Positions 60,290-64,000 of a stretch of DNA of 64,000 nt are shown here, piece after piece. Positions within the stretch are counted from its first letter, which is position 1. Every line of letters begins with the position of its first letter. A model generated the notes under the pieces. That model made no database searches. It saw nothing but the letters and a program-made list of their open reading frames with translations, and had not been told where the DNA came from. The translations under genes were made by a program, and so were the position numbers. Source of the DNA: Camelus ferus (lineage: Eukaryota); the NCBI RefSeq assembly GCF_009834535.1, contig NC_045697.1, positions 35,962,001 to 36,026,000 on the forward strand, given 5' to 3'.

Positions 60290-62854
60290 TTTCACTTTAT
60301 ATGCTTGAACACTAACCTCAATCCTGAGTTTGCCCACTGATCCTAGTATGTGTCCTAGTTTATTTACCTCCCCCACCCACCCTGTGACTGTTTCATACCT
60401 TCTCTTCTGTCCTTGACATCCCAACCTCTCCTCCCCCATCCTCACTCACTCACAGTGGGTGGCCTTGCTTTGATTCCCTGAGAGAACGGAGCCATCAGAA
60501 GAGAACTCCCACATGCTCTCCCCTGCCACCTCCACCCTCCTCCTGCTTCGCTCCCAGACGCTGACCTCTGCCCATTAGGATAGAGGCCAGTGCCATCTGC
60601 ATCAAAGCCAGAGGTTTTCCTGAAACTCTCAACCAACCTCTACTTCCTCTATTTCATTGGCTGGAACTGTGTTGCATCCTCCTCGCTGCAAAGGGGACTG
60701 AGAAAGGAGAGGTTAGCCTTTCCTGCTTCTGTAGCAAAAGCAGCAGGGCGAGGGGGTTGGGATTGGCTGTTTGAGTGTCTGCCACAGATACAGTCTTATT
60801 CCCTGAGACTCATTCATGGCTGCCAAGAGGTTTCCTATATTATATGATGTTCTCCTGGAGGGTCCCCCCTTCTCAAAGTCTGGGGTCCTCAAGGACACTC
60901 GTCCTAGCTGGAGGAGGATCCCAGCCAGGCTAAGAGGAAGGGGACAGCTCTTCCAGGCCTTTTGACTTTCTAACTCCGCCTCAACCTTAATTAACACTCT
61001 AACTCCTACTTTATTCAATGCACGGGACTCAGTCCCTACAACCTAAACACGAGTGTCGGGGTTTTGTTTGTTTTATGCTTCTTTCCTGGGGATCGGTAGA
61101 TAGTTCTTCACAATCCCTCAACTACTTATTTATGGGAACTGACATGAGGTTATAAAAAAAAAGACGAAGATATGATGAAACTCTAAACTGATTAAAACAA
61201 TGAAGGCTTAGCCATGAAGGTGTGGAATAGTCATACCAGGGTGTTCAGGACAAGGAACACATGTGCAGTTAAGTGTGAGTCTCAGGTCTGAGCTTCCTGG
61301 GAGATGTAGCAGTGTGTAGGAGCCATCAAAGAATGAAAAGGTGCCTCCCCAGTCCATCAACTTGGTTCATAAAATAACCGAGCTTTGAGATCTGGGCCTG
61401 GATCAGCTCCTTTCTGTCGTGGATGCCCTGACGAAGGGTGGTGGCAGTGTCAGCTCTAACTGCCACCAGGTAGAAGTCCCACAGTGGCAGAGGCTCCTCA
61501 CTGGGGGCTTGAAGCTAGAGGTGACCAATGGGAGCCTGAGGAGTCATTGTGAACAACAGGGAATGTCTGTCACCTGTGAGGTGTCAGAAGAGGCCAACGC
61601 CAATCACTCCAGGGACACTGCATTTGTCACAGTGCCACCGTGGGAGAAGCAGAAGCAGCCACATAAGGTGGGTGGACAAGAAACCCTTGGGTGAGCCAAG
61701 CAGGCCTGTCTCCAGAGAAGACTCTCGAAGGCCCACTGACCTGGTTAAGGAAGACCCTGAAAAATTCCATTCAAGAGGTTATCCTGAACAGTGTGAAAGG
61801 ATCAAAGTAAGTAAGGCCATGAGAGAGAGGCGTGGTTTTGGTATCCTTCAATGACAATGATTCCGTGGCTCCAACACTGTTCAGAAAGACCACACTGTGG
61901 ATGGCCACAGATGTGCCATGGCTGTGAAGTGAGAGGAACGTTGTCTGACTGAGGGTTGGCCAATGCTTCACCCAGCCCAAGGTGGACTCTTTGGTGGTGC
62001 CTGAGATTTGATTTTGACGGGACCCACTTTACTGATGGGCAAAACCTTCAGTGGTTATAGTGGTCTCGGTGGCAGCCATGGCGGAGAAGGTGAATGAATG
62101 TGGGTGTGATGGAAGTGGCAGGTGCTACAATGCCTTTGGCAATTATAATAATCTTCAAATTTTGTTTCAGGAAAGGACCAAAATGTTGGAGGCAGAAACT
62201 CTGGCTCTTAGATGGTAATACGTCACTCTTCTGGCAAAACCACAAGAGCCAGTTGGCTCCGGGCAGTGGCAGGAGCCACAGTAGGCGCGGACATGCATCA
62301 GTGCTGGAAGACGAGCCCTGGCAGGGGTGGAGAGCAGAAGTGACAGGGCACTAGCTGCTCCTCAGTCGGGGCTGACGGCCATCCTGTGTGCGCTCCGTGG
62401 CAGCCAGGGCCCCTTCTGATGGGTCATTCTAATTGCTTAGGTCTTGTGCCATAAGATTGATCAATATTTCCTGTGCCACTCCTGGCTAAAACAGATTTAT
62501 GAATTCAGCCAAGCAGTACTTGGCCCTCGATGCAAAATTTTAGAGTGGGCCCCCTCAGGCCAAGGACCCTGAAGTAACCCCAAGTGTTCCTCCTTCGGGG
62601 CCTGTCATTTTATTGGACGGCATGTCCTACAGGGCTCCCAAATGGCCCTGGCTCAGAAGCAGTCCCAGAATCAGAGACTCAGAGTCATGAGGAGACCTTA
62701 GAAATGTTCTAATCCATCAACCTTATTTGACAGAAGGGAAAAGTGAAGTGCAGAGAGGTAGAGGGTCTGGTCCAAGGTTACCACACTGGTCAATGGAACC
62801 AGATTCCATGTCTCTTTATGTTCAGACCTCTTTCATCTCAACTTATCTCTGTGT

Positions 62855-63410
62855 TGTGATATTGGGGATTATCATTCTCTTCAGATTCAAATTAAAACTA
62901 AAGGCTGTACCAGTTGGATTGCACTTGACAGCAACCACTTAAATGAAAGAACATTCATTACTATTTACCTACAGAAAGTCTGGAGGGAGGTGATTTCATT
63001 CTTTTTTTTATTCTTTCATGGCCTCAAAGTTATCTACAAAGAGCCAGGCTTCTGCATTGCCATCGAGTTGGCTTTTTATCCCCATGCTTGTTGCCGTATG
63101 ATCACAAAATGGCTGCCACAGCTCCAGGCATTTTGTCTTCATACCAGTGTTTCAAGCAGAAAAGAATGGGGAGGGACAAAACTATATTTATTTTTATCTA
63201 GTTAGAAGGTGATTCCCAAAAGCTCCCTTAGAAGACCTCCTCTCCTTATATCTCATTGGCCACTTCTTGTGGCAGGGGAGCCTAGGGCAGTAAATATCTA
63301 GCAGAGGAAAACAGGATAGTTAGGGTTGGCTTAGACCAATCATGATGCATTCTTTGGGGCTGGGCACATTTCTACCAAGAACAAAATAGGCTCTTGTTGG
63401 TTAGGAAAAA
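62855..63410 (-). mobile_element. Old MaLR LTR (MLT1J/K-like)
   Basis: ATCACAAAATGGCTGCCACAGCTCCAGGCAT...CTCATTGGCCA...GGCTTAGACCAATCATGA. Confidence 0.7.
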
Positions 63411-63489
63411 AAGGATGATGAGGGAAGGGGATGGTTTCCAGAGGCAGCCTAGAGTGTCTGCCACAGATTTCGTTACACATGGTGGAGGA

Positions 63490-63860
63490 AATGGAGGCTC
63501 TGGGTTAAAAAAGACCAGGGTTCAAATCCTAGCTCTTCTGTTTACCAGCTGGGTGACTGTGGCTAAGTTCTTTAGTCTCTCTAGGACTCATTATTTTTAA
63601 CTTTAAAATGTAAATAATATAAATAATGTATGTACTGCCTGACACACAGTAGGGGCCCAGCAAATTGTATCTATTATTATTACTAATAATACTCCATTAA
63701 GGACTTTCTCATAATTTCAAGTATTCACATCCTCACCAGTCTTTGAGGTAGGGAACATACAGTAATTCCTTTGATTAACCTAAGGTCACATGGGAAGCAG
63801 GTGGTAGAGGTGGAACTTAGACCTGGAGATACAAACATCTCTACCCTTGCCCTAAGCCCT
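63490..63860. mobile_element. Two MIRs tail-to-tail (plus about 63490-63685, minus about 63690-63860)
   Basis: CCAGGGTTCAAATCCTAGCTCT...CTGGGTGACTGTGGCTAAGT; then CCTAAGGTCACATGG...GTAGAGGTGGAACTTAGACC. Confidence 0.65.
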
Positions 63861-64000
63861 CCCCATGATGCTTTGATTGTGCAGTGCATGTGGGCCAGTC
63901 ATTGGAAATGAAAGCCCTTTCAGAAACGCCATCTAATTCCCATTTACTTCTGTCTTCCTAAAAGCAAGCAAGAGAAACAGAAAGCTTCCAGGACTCTAGG

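Overview
Mammalian genomic DNA, most likely camelid (alpaca/llama/camel), judged from three tRNA-derived Vic-1-like SINEs and several young artiodactyl-type L1 3' ends. No intact protein-coding exon could be supported. The main feature is on the minus strand at about 10.1-13.9 kb: a near-full-length but disabled homologue of HEMO (ERVMER34-1), a captured retroviral envelope gene. Read from memory against human HEMO, the translated fragments align from the initiator MGSLSN through CWLC, the SU domain, the mutated furin site, the immunosuppressive domain with CX6CC, the TM helix and the cytoplasmic tail, with at least 5 in-frame stops and about 6 frameshifts. It is flanked by an integrase C-terminal remnant, a MER34-like 3' LTR, a probable inverted ERV-internal fragment, and an intact CpG-island promoter (GC boxes, duplicated CCAAT module) with good minus-strand splice signals. 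The rest is repeat-rich intergenic DNA (L1, L2, MIR, MaLR/ERVL LTRs, hAT elements, microsatellites) with a few unusual local duplications. Repeat subfamily names and protein comparisons come from recalled consensus sequences, not from a search, and repeat boundaries are approximate.
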